Assembly (NCBI GenBank): GCA_053919585.1
Contig: CM132806.1
Origin: Euprymna scolopes
Lineage: Eukaryota
Strand: one strand, 5' to 3'
Length of the DNA stretch: 64,000 nt
The position numbers and the translations under genes are program-made. Shown piece after piece: positions 1 to 13,590 of the stretch. Each line of letters opens with the position of its first letter. The stretch's first letter is position 1. The notes beneath the pieces were generated by a model. That model made no database searches, was not told the DNA's origin, and saw only the letters and a program-made list of their open reading frames with translations.

Positions 1-3000
1 CAAGCGAATAGGGAATTGTAATCTCCTAAATTGAAATGGCAGATCTGTTGGAATCATGGGAATGCGCGGAATTAAGACATCTTCACCTTTGAAAGGCCCT
101 GTCAAAATTGTTGCTTCAATGATGTTGGTCATTAATTTTTTTTACTGAAAGACGTGTGCCATTACAAAGCTTAGGCTGGTTAATATTTCGCAACATGATA
201 ATTGGTACACCAATTTTCAATTGCAGTACATGTGGTGGAATCCCTGGTAAATCTAGTGAATTCAAAAACTCTGATGGATAATTGATTGCTTCGTCTGCTT
301 CAACAACAGTGTCAACGGACTTGTATGTGACTAACTCACCATGAATGTTCAACTGAATACTATTGTTGAGTGCATGAACGTGTTTGTTCGTGGGTGCAAG
401 AATAGCTCGTTCACTCAGCCAACTGTGATTCATAAAGTTAATGTGAATGTCTGGGAATACGTTTTTAATTAATTCGTCTTTTGATGTAACTAAATGACAG
501 AAGTTTTGTGGCAATTGAATTCGGCCTGAAGTTAGAGTAGCCAGCACTGTCCCATTCCCAATTTCCAACAATTGTTTTGAAAAGATCTCTGTTGACTGAT
601 TATTTTGCTGCTGGACACGTATATTTCTAGTCAAATTTAATGTCTTCACATTTTGCCAAAAAGTGGAGTATTTGAGACAAGCATTTATTTCATCTGCTGG
701 TGTTGATCGAGGAATTACAGGTAATGTTTGCCTGAAATCTCCAGCAAGCAATATTACTGCATTCCCAAATAATCTATCATTTCCCCGCAAATCTTGCAAT
801 GACCGATCAAGAGCCTCCAGTGATTTTTTTGTGTGCCATTGTGCATTCATCCCAAACAATAAGTTTGCATTTTTGCAATACTTTTCCCATACCTGATGTT
901 TTTGAAATATTGCACATGGGAGTTTCAATAAATTGCATGTTTAAAGGAAGTTTCAATGCAGAATGAGCAGTTCGTCCACCTGGTAGCAAAGTTGCAGCTA
1001 TTCCAGAAGATGCAAGAGCTAAGGCTATGCCATTTTGTGATCGAATGGCTGCCAAAATAAATTTAATTAAGAACGTTTTACCAGTTCCTCCTGGCGCATC
1101 TAAGAAAAATATATCTCCCACTCCATTATTTACAGTCTGCATTATTTTGTTGTAAACGTCTGTTTGCTCAGGTGTTAGCTTGTTAATATTTGCTTGCACA
1201 TACAACAAAAGATCATCTGTGTTGTAATTTTGTTCCCTACGCAACTCTACATCAAAGAAAGCAGCAGCCGATCGAGTCGGTGAGATCACTCCCAATTGTT
1301 TGAGTAATTTGTTTGCAATTTCTAAACACAAATTTTCAATTCTTATCAATGTCTCATTATAGATTTCTGATGAGACCAGAGAGGTATTTGTACTTTCATT
1401 GCTTATTTGATGAAAAATGTCTTCGGCCATGTATGATTTATATTTCTCCCATAACTCAACAGGAGATGAAGGGGAGTAATTGGTCAAGATAGTTGCAAAC
1501 AATGCACGAATTTGATTAGGATGTGATGTGTTACACGCCTCATTAATGCATTCATCCCAATGTCCGTCATTTTCCAATAAATTCAGATATTGACATGCAC
1601 TGCGAAAAGTAGCATGTGTAATGCCATTGACAATTTTTAGTTGCTGGAATGATGTTTGACCAGGCACATTTATCAACAACATGCGAAGAAAGAAGCATTC
1701 ATCTTGTTTGGGATGGATAGTATACAGTCTGCCTATTGTTTTTTCTTTGAATATTCCAGGTTGTCCTTCGACTTACTCTCCTCTTTTGCGCCGTTCAAAT
1801 GATTTTCTACTCTTATTCCATGTGTAATACTGAGGCACTTCCGAATAGAGGAGTGTTTTTGCAAACGTGTCAGTTTGACATAACATGAAGAAAGCCGTTA
1901 ATGTTGTAGCAGGTGGATTCAAAGCTATCTGTTGCACATTTGAAGCTGTATTGTAAACGCGCTGTCCATTTTCTAAATGTACTGATAAGTGAACAATAGC
2001 CGGACTTCGTTCATGTATTGGAAATGAAAGAATTCGCCATACAGCTTCATTGCTGCTTATGTATCTTCCAGCTTGATACTGTGCGATTTCATCAATATGT
2101 GGGCTTGCATTCAGATTATTGCTCTGTATTTTCAAGGCAAAAACTGCCATATCGCTGCCTTTATTCACATACTTACAAATGTATTTGATGGACTTTACAG
2201 AGTTACAGTATTCCACATTGATGTGCGATTTATAGGTTTTTGATAGCAAAGGTGAATATGGAACAACCCATCGGTTATCAACTTGTATATTGCCATTTCG
2301 CATTTGTATGGTTGCTAATTTACCGCCATCTTCTACTGACCTTCTTTTGTATAAAGGATATCCATCATTTCCTGTAACTGTGTTGGTTAATAATGCTCGG
2401 GGATATCGCTTAGAGCATTTACCCTCTATCATGCATGGTGAATTTGGATTAAATATCCCGCAAGGTCCATGTATCATATTTTTTATGACAACTTCATGCA
2501 AATCTTTATCAATGTCAGCATCAGGTATTTCAGCAGATATTAGATTGTCGATTTCGTTTGGATTGAGTTTGTTGAAGAGCCAGATTAGTATGTGGGAGTG
2601 TGGTAATCCTCTCTTTTGCCATTTCTACTGAATACATCCAGCAGCGCACAGATCCAAATACTTTATGTTTTACAATGAAATTTATTAGTGATTTAAGCTT
2701 TTGTCTGAAAACACGCGCTGTAATAGCATGCCTATCTACCGATGATTGCCCCGGAAGTAAGAGTTGCTGTATTTCATTCCAAGCTGGGTTGCATGTAAAT
2801 GTAATGAATAGGTCAGGACGGCCATACTGACGAACATATGCAAATGCGTCTTGAGTTTACTCATGCATATGACGTGGACTGCCCGAATACGAAGATGGCA
2901 AAATTGTTAGTCTTCCAACGTTGGTTGTATTACCATCATTAACAACTGCATCACGCAAATGAACATATTCTTCAGAACGAAGTTTTGACTGATTCAAACG

Positions 3001-4284
3001 GATGAATAGCAAACGTTCAGTTTCAATTTTTGCATACATGTCTACAATGTATTGGTGGAATAATTGGCGGCATTTCAGAATGTGATTGTTTTCATTCTCT
3101 CGAATCATTAATCGGTACGACTAATAGTTCATTGCGCTGCATTTCTTTGTTTCTTCACCACTAACTGGATTTATCATGTTAATATGGAAATCATATCCAT
3201 CAGCACCATCCCAAAAAATGATTGGATATTGCAGGGCATCGTAGCATCGATGAGTTTCAGCAATGTTTGTCAATTGATCATTCCTCCTATGAAGAACAAT
3301 ATCTATTGGTTGAAATTGATCTCCAACTATAACAATTGCCACTTCATCTATAGTTGGAGCATTGAATCTTCGCACGTGTTCTCCAGTAGGCGTTTTGTCA
3401 GCATAAATAACAATCTTGTGTGTATCTGATGGAATCATTTCAATTGCAGTTTTGAATAAAAGCACTAAATTGTTTTTACTATGGAGCATGTCTTGTAGTT
3501 CGGAGACAATGGACCGTCTTATACTGGTTGAAATTCCACAGCGTGCATTCAGTTCATCATTGTTATCACCGATGAAATACATTTGTAGGAATTTATGTTG
3601 ACCCTCTGGGTATGGAAGCAGAGATCCAACTTTATGGTAAATTTGTCCTTTTACTTTAAAAGTTGGCATGAATTGAGCTGTAATGGTTTCTGCTGCGAAC
3701 GATGTCATTTGGAAGCATGAGTTGTATTTCCTGATGTTTGATAAAAAAAAATGCTTTGATTCAGCAGTATATCCAGCAAGCAAAGTTTTTAATGGTTCTA
3801 ATGGATCTTCCAGTTGAGGTAGTTTAATTTTACCGGCTGCACAACACATTCCTTTAGTTTCTCCCTTAAATGTAAGAGCCTTGCAATAGGGACATACTTC
3901 AGTCATAGTGCCTATGTGAACATGGTGGCTCAAACTATAATCCTCATTAGGATTGTAGTGAAATGCTAGGCGATCCCAATTCCGACGCTGATCTGCATTT
4001 CCTCGTTGACGTCTTTCAGCCTGTCTCAGCCTCTCGCGTTCATTACGTTGTGAACGAAGCAGATCTGTAGCCGCATTACGGGATTGCTGTACGCGCAACC
4101 TTGCCTCCTCAAGTCTGGCTGCACGTCGATCTGCTGTTTAATTGGAACGTACTTGAATCATTCTTAGTCTACTATTTTGGTTTGCAGATGCCCGTTGTTC
4201 AGGACTTTGAGTTGCAAGTAATTGCCGCAGTGTTTCTGCATTGCGAGTACGACGACTTATGTTTGATCTTCTTCTGAGTGGCAT
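1..4284 (-). pseudogene. Helitron Rep/helicase (RepHel) gene, disrupted by stops and frameshifts, truncated by window edge
   Basis: ATG at 4284 (MPLRRRSNISRRTRNA) in frame with ORF 3121-4098; Zn motif CPYCKAL..MCCAAGK; Rep motifs FITFTCNP, EWQKRGLPHSHILIW (HUH), IKYICKYVNKG; Pif1 motifs DAPGGTGKTF, WDECTM, GDFRQTLPV, LRNINQPKLCNGTRL. In-frame stops near 4139, 3121, 2857, 1773 and several frameshifts. Confidence 0.97.
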
Positions 4285-6860
4285 TTTAAGGAAAAGAAGT
4301 GCAGCGAAATTAACAATAACGTGTAGTAAAAGTGGACTTTTTTAAAATAGGGAGCAGGATGAATGATTTTGGAAAAGAGGTATCTGTAAAACAGATTTGA
4401 TCGTTGCTTAAATGTAATGGGCCTCTCGACAGCTATAGGCTCAATTAAGGCCAATTTTTATTTTGTATACAATTCAGTACTTTTCCTTCCGTCCAAATAG
4501 ATTTGAAGAAATAATAATTCCTTTTTTTTTTTTTTGCTTGGAGCAAAATATTTAATGTGTTTTTTTTTGTTGTTTTGCTTATTTATAATTGAGCTGTATG
4601 GCAAATATAGAGCAATTCCTTTTTTTATGTATTCCTGTAATTTTCCTTTTGTCAAAATAGATTTGGAGAAATAATTTTTTTGAAAATTCTTCTTGTGCTT
4701 ATTTTTAATTTAGCTGTATCGTCAATTAAGGCTAATTTTTTTTATATTGTGTCCAAATGGATTTGGAAATAATTTTTTTCTGAAATTTTCTTTTTGCTTA
4801 TTTTTAATTGAGGAATCTGAAAATAGAGAAAACTGAAAAAGATATTTGTTTGATGTATTTCTCAATGTATTGGCCTGTCGACAAATGTATGGTCAAATAA
4901 GGCCAATTTTTTATTTGCAGCCAAATAGATTTGGAGAAATATATTTTTTTTAAAGAAAGTGTTTTGTTGTTTATTTTTAATAGAAGAATCTGAAAAAAAG
5001 AGAAGTCTGAAAAAAAGATATTGGCTTGATTGATATCTCAATTTATTTATCTGTCGAGATATGTATGGTCAATTAAGACCTTTTTTTTGCAGATGGTTCA
5101 GCAATTTTCCTTGCTTACAAATAGATTTGTAGAAATATTTTCTTTGTTTTTTTGCTTATTTTCAATTGAGGAATCTGAAAATTCTTTATTTGCTTCCAAA
5201 TAGATTTGGAGCAATTTTTGTTTTTTAATTTGTTATATTTTTCTTTTTTTTTGTTACTTACTGTTAATTGACCTGTATGGTCAATTAAGAGCAATTTTTT
5301 CTTTGTAGTCATGTAGTTTTCCTTGTGTAGATTTGTAGAAATAATGATTTTTTGTCATTTTTTTTTTTTTTGCTTATTTTCAAGTGAGGAATCTGTAATT
5401 CCTTATATAGCTTCAAATAGATTTAAAGCAATATTTTTTTTTCTTATATCTTTTTGCTTATTGTTAATTGAGCTGTACGCTCAATTAAGAGCAATTTCTT
5501 TTTCTTTGTTTGTAGTCATGTTGTAGAAGTAATGATTTTTGTAATTTTTTTTTTTTTTTGCTTATTTTCAATTCAGGAATCTGAAATTCCTTATATAGCT
5601 TCAAAATAGATTTGAAGCAATATATTTTTTAATTTGTTTTTATTTTCTTATATCTTTTGCTTATTGTTAATTGATCTGTACGGTCAATTAAGAGCAATTT
5701 CTTTTTCTTTGTTTGTAGTCCTGTAGTTATCTTTGCATTAAAATGAATTCGTAGAAATTATTTTTTGTAATTTTTTGTAAAGAGAAGTATGTAAAAATAT
5801 TTGCTCGGTTGTTTTCTCAAATAATTAGCCTATTGAGAACTTATGTTCAAATAAGCACAATGTGTAGAAATATTTTTTTTAATTTTCCTTTTTGTGCTTA
5901 TTTTTAATTGAGCTGTAACATCAAATAAGGCCAATTATTTTATATGTACTTCTGTACTTCTTGTATCCCAATAGATTTGGAAATAATTTTTTCCTAAATT
6001 GTCTTTTTGCTTATTGTTAATTTAGGAATCGGAAAAAAAGAGAAATCTGAAAAAGATATGTGTTTGATTTATTTCGCAATGTATTGGCCGGTCAACAAAT
6101 GTATGGTCAAATAAGGCCAAGTTTTTTTATTTGCGGCCAAATAGATTTTGTGAGAAATATATTTATTTAAAAAAAGTGTTTTGTTGTTTATTTTTAATTG
6201 GAGAATCTGAAAAAAAGTTAATTCCTGTAAATCGAGATAAGTTCAAATATGAAGTTATTGAGACAGATTTACCCAAAGAAACTTACCAAGAATCACTTGT
6301 AACACGTGGGAAAGACTAAAAATGGCAGGGAGGAGAGAATAAAATGGCAGGGGGGAGAATATAAATGGCAGGGGGGGGGGCAAAAAGGCGGTAACCAAAA
6401 CACTTTTAAATTAAATAAAAAAAAATGAATTAGCACAAATTGCCGGAAAATGATTAAATATGAAGTTATATATAAAAAAATACAGCAAATGAAATCGGTC
6501 GAAGCAATCGAAGCAAATGGATACTATTTTTTTTTTTTTTGATTTAATCTAAACACTTGGATAAACAAATGAAATAAAAAATGTAAAAATAAGAGATGCC
6601 TATTATACTTTAGCGATGTAGCAGTGAAACTGTTGTCATGCAAAATCGTAATGAAATCATTTCCACGTGCATTCTACCGGAAATAAAATTTGACCACAGG
6701 TTCGCATTTAAGAAAAATATTTTTATTTTATTTAATATATTTTAATAATTCGCGAGGTAAATTTAATTTAAGAACATAAAAACATACCTCGACTCTAAAA
6801 ATGGGTTGTCTGGAAATTTCAAATAAATTGGTAACGTATAAATATGGTTTTATTCGTTTA
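4285..6860 (-). mobile_element. 5' non-coding region of the Helitron with degenerate AT-rich tandem subrepeats
   Basis: Recurrent blocks CAAATAGATTTGGAGAAATA / TGCTTATTTTTAATTGAG / GGTCAATTAAG over 4440-6210, with ~4700-5040 duplicated at ~5880-6210; contiguous with the RepHel start; true terminus probably lost in gap 6861-6990. Confidence 0.6.
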
Positions 6861-7059
6861 NNNNNNNNNNNNNNNNNNNNNNNNNNNNNNNNNNNNNNNN
6901 NNNNNNNNNNNNNNNNNNNNNNNNNNNNNNNNNNNNNNNNNNNNNNNNNNNNNNNNNNNNNNNNNNNNNNNNNNNNNNNNNNNNNNNNNNAAATTAGAGT
7001 AGGAGAAAGTTCTTAAAGGCAGAGAATGTTATGCAAAGTTTTTAAGTCCATACTGGGTG

Positions 7060-7121
<62 letters not shown>

Positions 7122-7250
7122 CAATTAACCTACATAAAGCGTCTCACAGAGCATTATGAGGCTAACTGACCCTGTTAAAGTAAATACTGAAACTTTATAT
7201 CCACTATATTATTTAGTCTGATGATTCCCTGCATCAAGTTTCATCGGAAT

Positions 7251-7283
<33 letters not shown>

Positions 7284-7357
7284 AGCTCTGCTGATATTGT
7301 AAACACTTTTCTTACTACAGCGTTTTTAAATTTTCGAGATGATTGGCTATTCTATAA

Positions 7358-7610
7358 TTCGGACTCTTCGGTCTACTGTTCTCATCTTGAGTGTGATTTT
7401 CACAACGTTTCGATCGTTATAAACTCCGACCTTCTTCAGGTGTATCTTTTCGAACTCTGGAATGTTTCGAAATTACGTCCAAATTCCCGAGTCCGACAGA
7501 AACATTACTGAGTTCGACAAGATACACCCGAAGGAGGTTGGAGGTTTAATCGACCGAAGCATTGTGAAAATGACAGTCAAGATGAGAACAGTAGTCTGAT
7601 GAATCCAAAT
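7358..7610. mobile_element. Palindromic Penelope-type pLTR element with hammerhead motifs in both arms
   Basis: Inverted arms (CTACTGTTCTCATCTTGA...GAATGTTTC / GAAACATT...TCAAGATGAGAACAGTAG) around a ~30-nt spacer; tail motif shared with the 46 kb, 56 kb and 60 kb elements. Confidence 0.8.
7401..7442 (-). ncRNA. Minimal type I hammerhead ribozyme motif (Penelope-type)
   Basis: Minus strand: cac CTGAAGA a ggtcg gagtttataa cgatc GAAAC GTT gtg; helix I cac/gtg, helix II ggtcg/cgatc, palindromic ACGT mini helix III. Confidence 0.75.
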
Positions 7611-8017
7611 AATACTACTTTTGATACATATTGTGAAAATCTACACACANNNNNNNNNNNNNNNNNNNNNNNNNNNNNNNNNNNNNNNNNNNNNNNNNNN
7701 NNNNNNNNNNNNNNNNNNNNNNNNNNNNNNNNNNNNNNNNNNNNNNNNNNNNNNNNNNNNNNNNNNNNNNNNNNNNNNNNNNNNNNNNNNAGTAAAATAT
7801 TTTTTCATTTTTTTCCTTATAAGGAAAATGGATTCTATACTGTTCATTGTTAAAGTGTTTTTTATTCAATACGTCTGATGAAAGGCTGTTCTTGTGAAAA
7901 TTTTTAAACGACATAATGTTTGAATTTGTCCGAATAGTCTTGAAACAATTGGAATTAACTATGAAATACACTATTTGTTGCTATCAATCTATTCCTTGAT
8001 GCCTTGATTTTGTTAAA

Positions 8018-8049
<32 letters not shown>

Positions 8050-8051
<2 letters not shown>

Positions 8052-8313
8052 TATTATATAAAGTCGCTTTGTGTGTGAGTTCCTTCCTCATAGGTTCCAA
8101 AACGGCTGAGTCTATCGTTTGCAAATTTCACGCAAATCTAATTTATATGCCTGGCAGTGTTCTTAGATATATTTTCTACAGAAATTCATCCGATAAGTAT
8201 CGAAAATTGAAAAAATCCGCGGATTGATTCTATAATACATACGCAATCTGCATAAATTAAAATATCATGTTTGAGCGTATTGTATGACCGAGCAATGCCG
8301 AGCTGCCAGCTAG
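8050..8313 (+). mobile_element. Short non-autonomous Helitron (internal deletion derivative of the 18564-19346 family)
   Basis: Starts CTATTATATAAAG after (TA)n; ends CCGAGCAATGCCGAG hairpin + CTAG; both ends match 18564-19346. Confidence 0.8.
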
Positions 8314-9259
8314 TACATATATATATTGAAAGCAAACACAAGACAGAGAGAAAGAGAGATAGAGAGAGTGAGAGATAGAGATAGGGTGGGTGTACGTGTG
8401 AGAGTGACAGAGAGTGAGAGAGAGAAAGAGAGAGAGAGGGGAGAAAGCAAAGAATTGAATGAGCTGTTTTTATCTCAAACTGTATCTGAGCAGTCTTCTA
8501 TATCAACCCATGCGTTTGATAAATACGAACGGACAACTCGTAATTGATCAGTAGATATCAGGTAGAAATAGAAATGAATTGATAAAACGACGCACAAAAT
8601 AGATAACCAACAAATATACATTGCACCATGCGCCTACATTCATTGCCCAACTTTAAATAAAATAATCAATACTATATTAGCTATAAAATCAACAAGTAAA
8701 AAAATTATCATCTCTTGGTCGCTATTACATTGACATATTTCTTACGTTATTAAATTACAATAAAATGAATAAAACAAGTTGTATGACGATAGCCCTTAAA
8801 GTTTGATCTGCGCATGTCCCGTTCACTGACATCTGGTGGGAATTCCTACAAATGACGTTTGCGCAAAATGTTATTGAATCTTGTCGGCTGCGAATAATTA
8901 CAAATATATCAAATTCAAAAATTTCAGTAACTAATAGTCGTTTTTTGTTTTTTTTATACATTAATGTTCGCTGTTCTTGAAGTATATTATAGAGAAACGT
9001 GAATTTCTATACACATATGAGCAAGAACAGATTAATATAAAGATAACCAACTATGTAGATAATTATAAACACACTGAAATGGACAGATGCAAATAAATAA
9101 AATGGACGAAATGATATGAAAAGCTCAACTCATCTGTCATTGCTATGTAATCATTTTTTTTCTTCTGCCTTTCGACATAATCATCCTGAGACTCCTGAAC
9201 ACGTTGATTTGATTTCTTTTTTTTGTTTGTTTTAGATGAGAATTGATGATTTGTATGAG

Positions 9260-9370
9260 TTGGATTCTTCGGATTACTGTTCTCATCTTGAATGTTTTTT
9301 ACAACGTTTCGTTCGCTGTAACCTCCGAGCTTTATTAGATATATCGAAAACCGTTCTTTCGAACTCAGGA
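9260..9370 (-). mobile_element. Single decayed pLTR/hammerhead arm of the 7358-7610 family
   Basis: GGATTACTGTTCTCATCTTGA...ACAACGTTTCG...TTCGAACTC; ribozyme core mutated to CTAATAA. Confidence 0.65.
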
Positions 9371-9444
9371 GTTTTTTTTGTTTTTTTTTGCTATTGAAAT
9401 CGGAAATCTGCACGGAATTTCAAACGTAACTCTTTATTTAACTC

Positions 9445-9500
9445 ACTAGCAATTCAGCTCGGCTTTGCTCGGGCACTGTGTACTGTTCATAACTTTGTGA

Positions 9501-9558
<58 letters not shown>

Positions 9559-10081
9559 CAGTTTGACTCGGTCCAGGTTACTTACATCTAAAATTTCAAG
9601 TGTTTATACCAAAAATTGAGGTCAAAGTTTAAAAACATTTGACCTCTGCGGTCTCTACCAAGTTTTTATCTCATCATTTGAAATGAAATTTTACATAAAG
9701 TGTATTCAGATATAAGGCAAGCTTTTTAATCGGTTTTTGCCAAAGGGTCAACGTTCAAAAGATTTGACCTTTGCGATAACTAACAAACTATTCAGCCAAT
9801 TTTTGACCTAAATATTTGAAATTTTACATAAATGGTATTCAGACATACAGCAAGCTTTTTAATCAGTTTTTGGGTGAAAATTTGGCTGCCAAGAGGTCAA
9901 AGTTGAAAGAGTTAATCTTTTCAGACTCTACCAAACTCCTTTGTTAATTTTGGGTCTAAACACTTGAAATTTTACATCTAGGTTACCTTGACATTAATCA
10001 AACTTTTTAATATATATAAATATATGCACATAAAGTTATGAACAGTACATAGGGCCCGGGCAAAGCCGGGCTGAAGTGCTA

Positions 10082-10083
<2 letters not shown>
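9445..10083. mobile_element. Non-autonomous Helitron (+, ~9556-10083) preceded by an inverted copy of its own 3' end (9445-9505)
   Basis: 3' end CCCGGGCAAAGCCGGGCTGAAGTGCTAG at 10054-10083; a diverged reverse complement at 9445-9505; (TA)n between them. Confidence 0.75.
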
Positions 10084-10135
<52 letters not shown>

Positions 10136-12149
10136 TAGTATATATATATATATAATTTGAAAATATCAAAAGTTAAAATTGCTGTTAAAATTTTTATCAA
10201 GATCTAACTTTTTGATAAGAGTCACCTACTCTGAGATTTTTTTCAACGAAAAACAAAATACTTTAAATGATATATCTATATGTCTGTCCGGAATGTTGCA
10301 TCACGTATCGATGATATTAATGTCGACAAAGCAACTCGTACTGACAATGTTCCACTCATTGTGCTGACACACCTAGTACACTAGTAGGCTAAAAAAATGC
10401 AGATATACAGGCATAATTAAATTTACATGAAACAAAGGTTTTGCAGAGTGTAATTAAAGTGCTCAAAATATAAACTGCTATTTATGATCTATTTGGAAGC
10501 TCTATGAAAGCAGTTGTAAGGGATTTAGTTTTCTCCCGCTGCAAGAACTTAAACACCAAAGTCGGAAAGTGGAATTGATAAGTCAGTATCCCCGAGGAGG
10601 GGCATTCTGACTCTCAAATATTGGCTGGGTAGCCCCATCGACACTCTTCGGTGACGGAAGTCTCAGGCGATTAGTAATAAGCTAACCCTTTCTCAAAGAG
10701 AGAAGGCAAAGCCTGGGAGGTGGACCTCCTAGAACTGCACAGAACTCAACTCCTACCTCACACTCAAAAAGGACTGGGTCACTACAGGAATGGTCTTATC
10801 TCTTAGGTAGTTGCATAAATGTTCGCACAAGTCTACACTGATATCTGGACAAGAATCCACCATCAAGCAGTCGACTGATCGATCGTTCGAGAGAGACAGA
10901 GACTAAATAGCCGCCCGTTAACTAACAATATTCAATTCGAAAGATTTTATAAAAAAAAACAGCATGCTTCATTTGCCATGTACAGAAAGGGGAATAAAAG
11001 TTTACACAGAGAATGATACAGTAGCCAACACCTGTCAAATTTTGTCTTGAATTGTTACGGCGTTGCCGCGTTTAAAACGTCCACTGGAAATCCATTTCAA
11101 GGTCCTGACATCCTTATTTGAGAAAGCGACCCTCCTTCGGTTTAATCTAAATTGGCGGGGAAACAGTTTCTGATAATTTCCGCGTAGACTTCTTAAAAGT
11201 AAAGAATATGTTCTGAGGGGGGATGGCGTAATGGGCAAGGGAGAAAATAGTTCAGTTTCTTCTCTCGGCTCTGATAAGGCAGATCCCATTGTCCCTGCAC
11301 CGTTTGAATAGCTAATCGTTGAACTTTCTCTAATTGCTCGATATCACGAAACTTGCATACGACGTATTTCCCTCCCTTTTCCTACTCAGTGTTTTTGTAA
11401 GAAAAGAGAATGTACTTTTAGGGGTTATATCAAAACTTCGGAAAACAAGTTAAAACATCGGAAGAGGACTTGGTTTACTTGAATATAGAAGGACGTCACT
11501 AAGCATTAAACGAAAAACGAAACGATAGGAAACTACTTCTTGTTTTATCATGAAACAGAACAAAATGATAAACTTTATTTTTTTTATATTTCTATAAATA
11601 TTTTTTAATATTTAAAATATATTCATATGGAAATATTTTATTTCAAAAAAATAATTTAAACTTTCATAGTTTACATTTCTATAAATATTTTTCTAAATAT
11701 TTTAAATATATTCATATGGAAATAATTAAAAATGTTTACAAATTTTATCACATAATTTTTTCATAAATAATGTATCATAAAACAAGGTACCTGCAATTGA
11801 ATTGCGAAATCGAAATTTTTTGATAACACAAGAGTGTTAATAAAAAAAAACTTTTATACATTATGTTTCACAAAATTCTGCGATAAAACTTGTGAAAAAC
11901 ATAAATATTTTATTTCAAAAAGATTCAATCCTCAGAAATGCAATTCTAAAAATTCTCGTCAGTTTTTTTTTCGTGATATAAGACAAATGTTAAAAAAAAC
12001 TATTTATAAAAATATAAAAAATTAAAGTTTATTATTTTTTTATTGTTTCATGATGAAAAAGTGTTAAAAATTAAAACAATTTTTTGAAATAAATTATTTT
12101 CATATGGTTTCTGATTTCGTTTAATGTGTACTGATTTCCATTCCATATT

Positions 12150-12965
12150 TAGGTAAACCGTGTCCGCTTTCGGCGTCTTAACTTTCTTAGCGATTTGTTT
12201 GGACATAACCTTTTTAGAATTTACCGACATTTCATCACCTGACATTTAATTACCCGACTATTAATCACGAACATGTAATCACTAGAATTTGATCACATGT
12301 TTTTTTTCTTCATCGTGTTGATATTTAATCACTCGACACCGAGACAGTTAATCACCTCCCAACGAAAAAAATAACATTTATTTATGTAATAATGTTATGT
12401 ATGTGATTATGTTTTTATAAAGTAAAATTTTTAGCCCCTTTGACACTTTTGGGGTTATTTTTATAAGGGATTAAAATCTATAGGGCAAAACTGTCCCTCC
12501 CTCTACAAATCTTGCAAGGGTTAAAGGAGAGGCTATCTGTTCGCTTAAAGTAAACAGCAGCCACTTTTAAAAAGCTTTTTAACAAATAAACAAATTAACA
12601 TAACATTTATTTTATATAATTTATTTTTTATTTAAAAATGTAAACAACTTATACAAATATTTTTTTTTTACTTATTAAATTTCTTATGTATTGCTTGTAA
12701 TTTTTTCTTTTGTAAAATAATAAAAAAAAAATGAAAATGAGGGCAATAGTTCGCAAAAATGAATTATATTATAAAGATTAATTTTAAAGTATTACAAAAA
12801 ATAGACAAATATAATGTGGTAAAAAAAATAACACTCTTAAATGTTTCGATGTAATTAAATGCCCACGTGATGAAAAGTCAGGTGATTTAATGTCTAGTGA
12901 TTAAAAGTCTGTGATTAATAGTTGTGTGATGAAATGTCGGCTAATAAAGAGACCGTACACTCCTT
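12150..12965. mobile_element. Foldback/MITE-like element with inverted arrays of ~15-bp subterminal repeats
   Basis: Left array (CGACATTTCATCACC, TGACATTTAATTACC, CGACTATTAATCACG..., 12222-12357) mirrors right array (GTGATGAAAAGTCAG, GTGATTTAATGTCTA, GTGATGAAATGTCGG, 12868-12942); AT-rich core. Confidence 0.6.
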
Positions 12966-13389
12966 TTTAGATAATAATGTTGTGTCTTTTTTTAACCACA
13001 CGATGTTTAATAAAGAAGGATTGTTACTTTCAGTTTAATATAAGTGAGCAAAGCATTACCCTCGCGTCAACTCGTTTGGTAACATTAACATTTTATCAAG
13101 TGCTTTCAAATGAAAGGCAGAACTTCTTGATAGCCATTTTACAAGTTTTGATTACGCTAGGCACATCGTTCTGCTAAGAAAAACAGTGCAAGATGTCTTC
13201 TATATTGGTAAATATTTTGTTAAACGGTTGCGTTCAGACTTGCATAAGCCCATCTTCTATAGGAAGAGAAATCAACACACGTATTAGATGTTAAGAAGTG
13301 TGATGAAATGTCAGATAATGAAAAGACCGTACACTCCTTTTCGACCGTACACTCCTTTTCAACCATGTCAAACGACCAACCACTAGCAT

Positions 13390-13590
13390 GTTAAAGTTAT
13401 GCTTGGTAGGTATGTTAGAAATCAAAATATGCAGAGGAAAGCCAAGGAGAAGGTGGAGAGAAAATGTTTTTGATTGGACATCTCTTAACAGTTGGGCGCC
13501 CATCAACAAACTTGCCCTGGATCGGAAGTAGTTACGAAAAATAAGTCATGTGGGTTCGCAATCCGTACCAAGCGGAAGATGCGACTTATT
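13390..13590 (+). mobile_element. Probable RTE-clade LINE 3' fragment
   Basis: Translates ...ICRGKPRRRWRENVFDWT, resembling the RTE ORF C-terminal GxRxRGRPxxRW motif; lies between local duplicates 13230-13310 and 13597-13680. Confidence 0.45.

Noticed and set aside
10510-11470. Moderately GC-rich stretch resembling an LTR or retroelement leader; similar impression at 16290-16950
   Set aside because: Could not define TG..CA ends, TSD, PBS or coding homology by eye.
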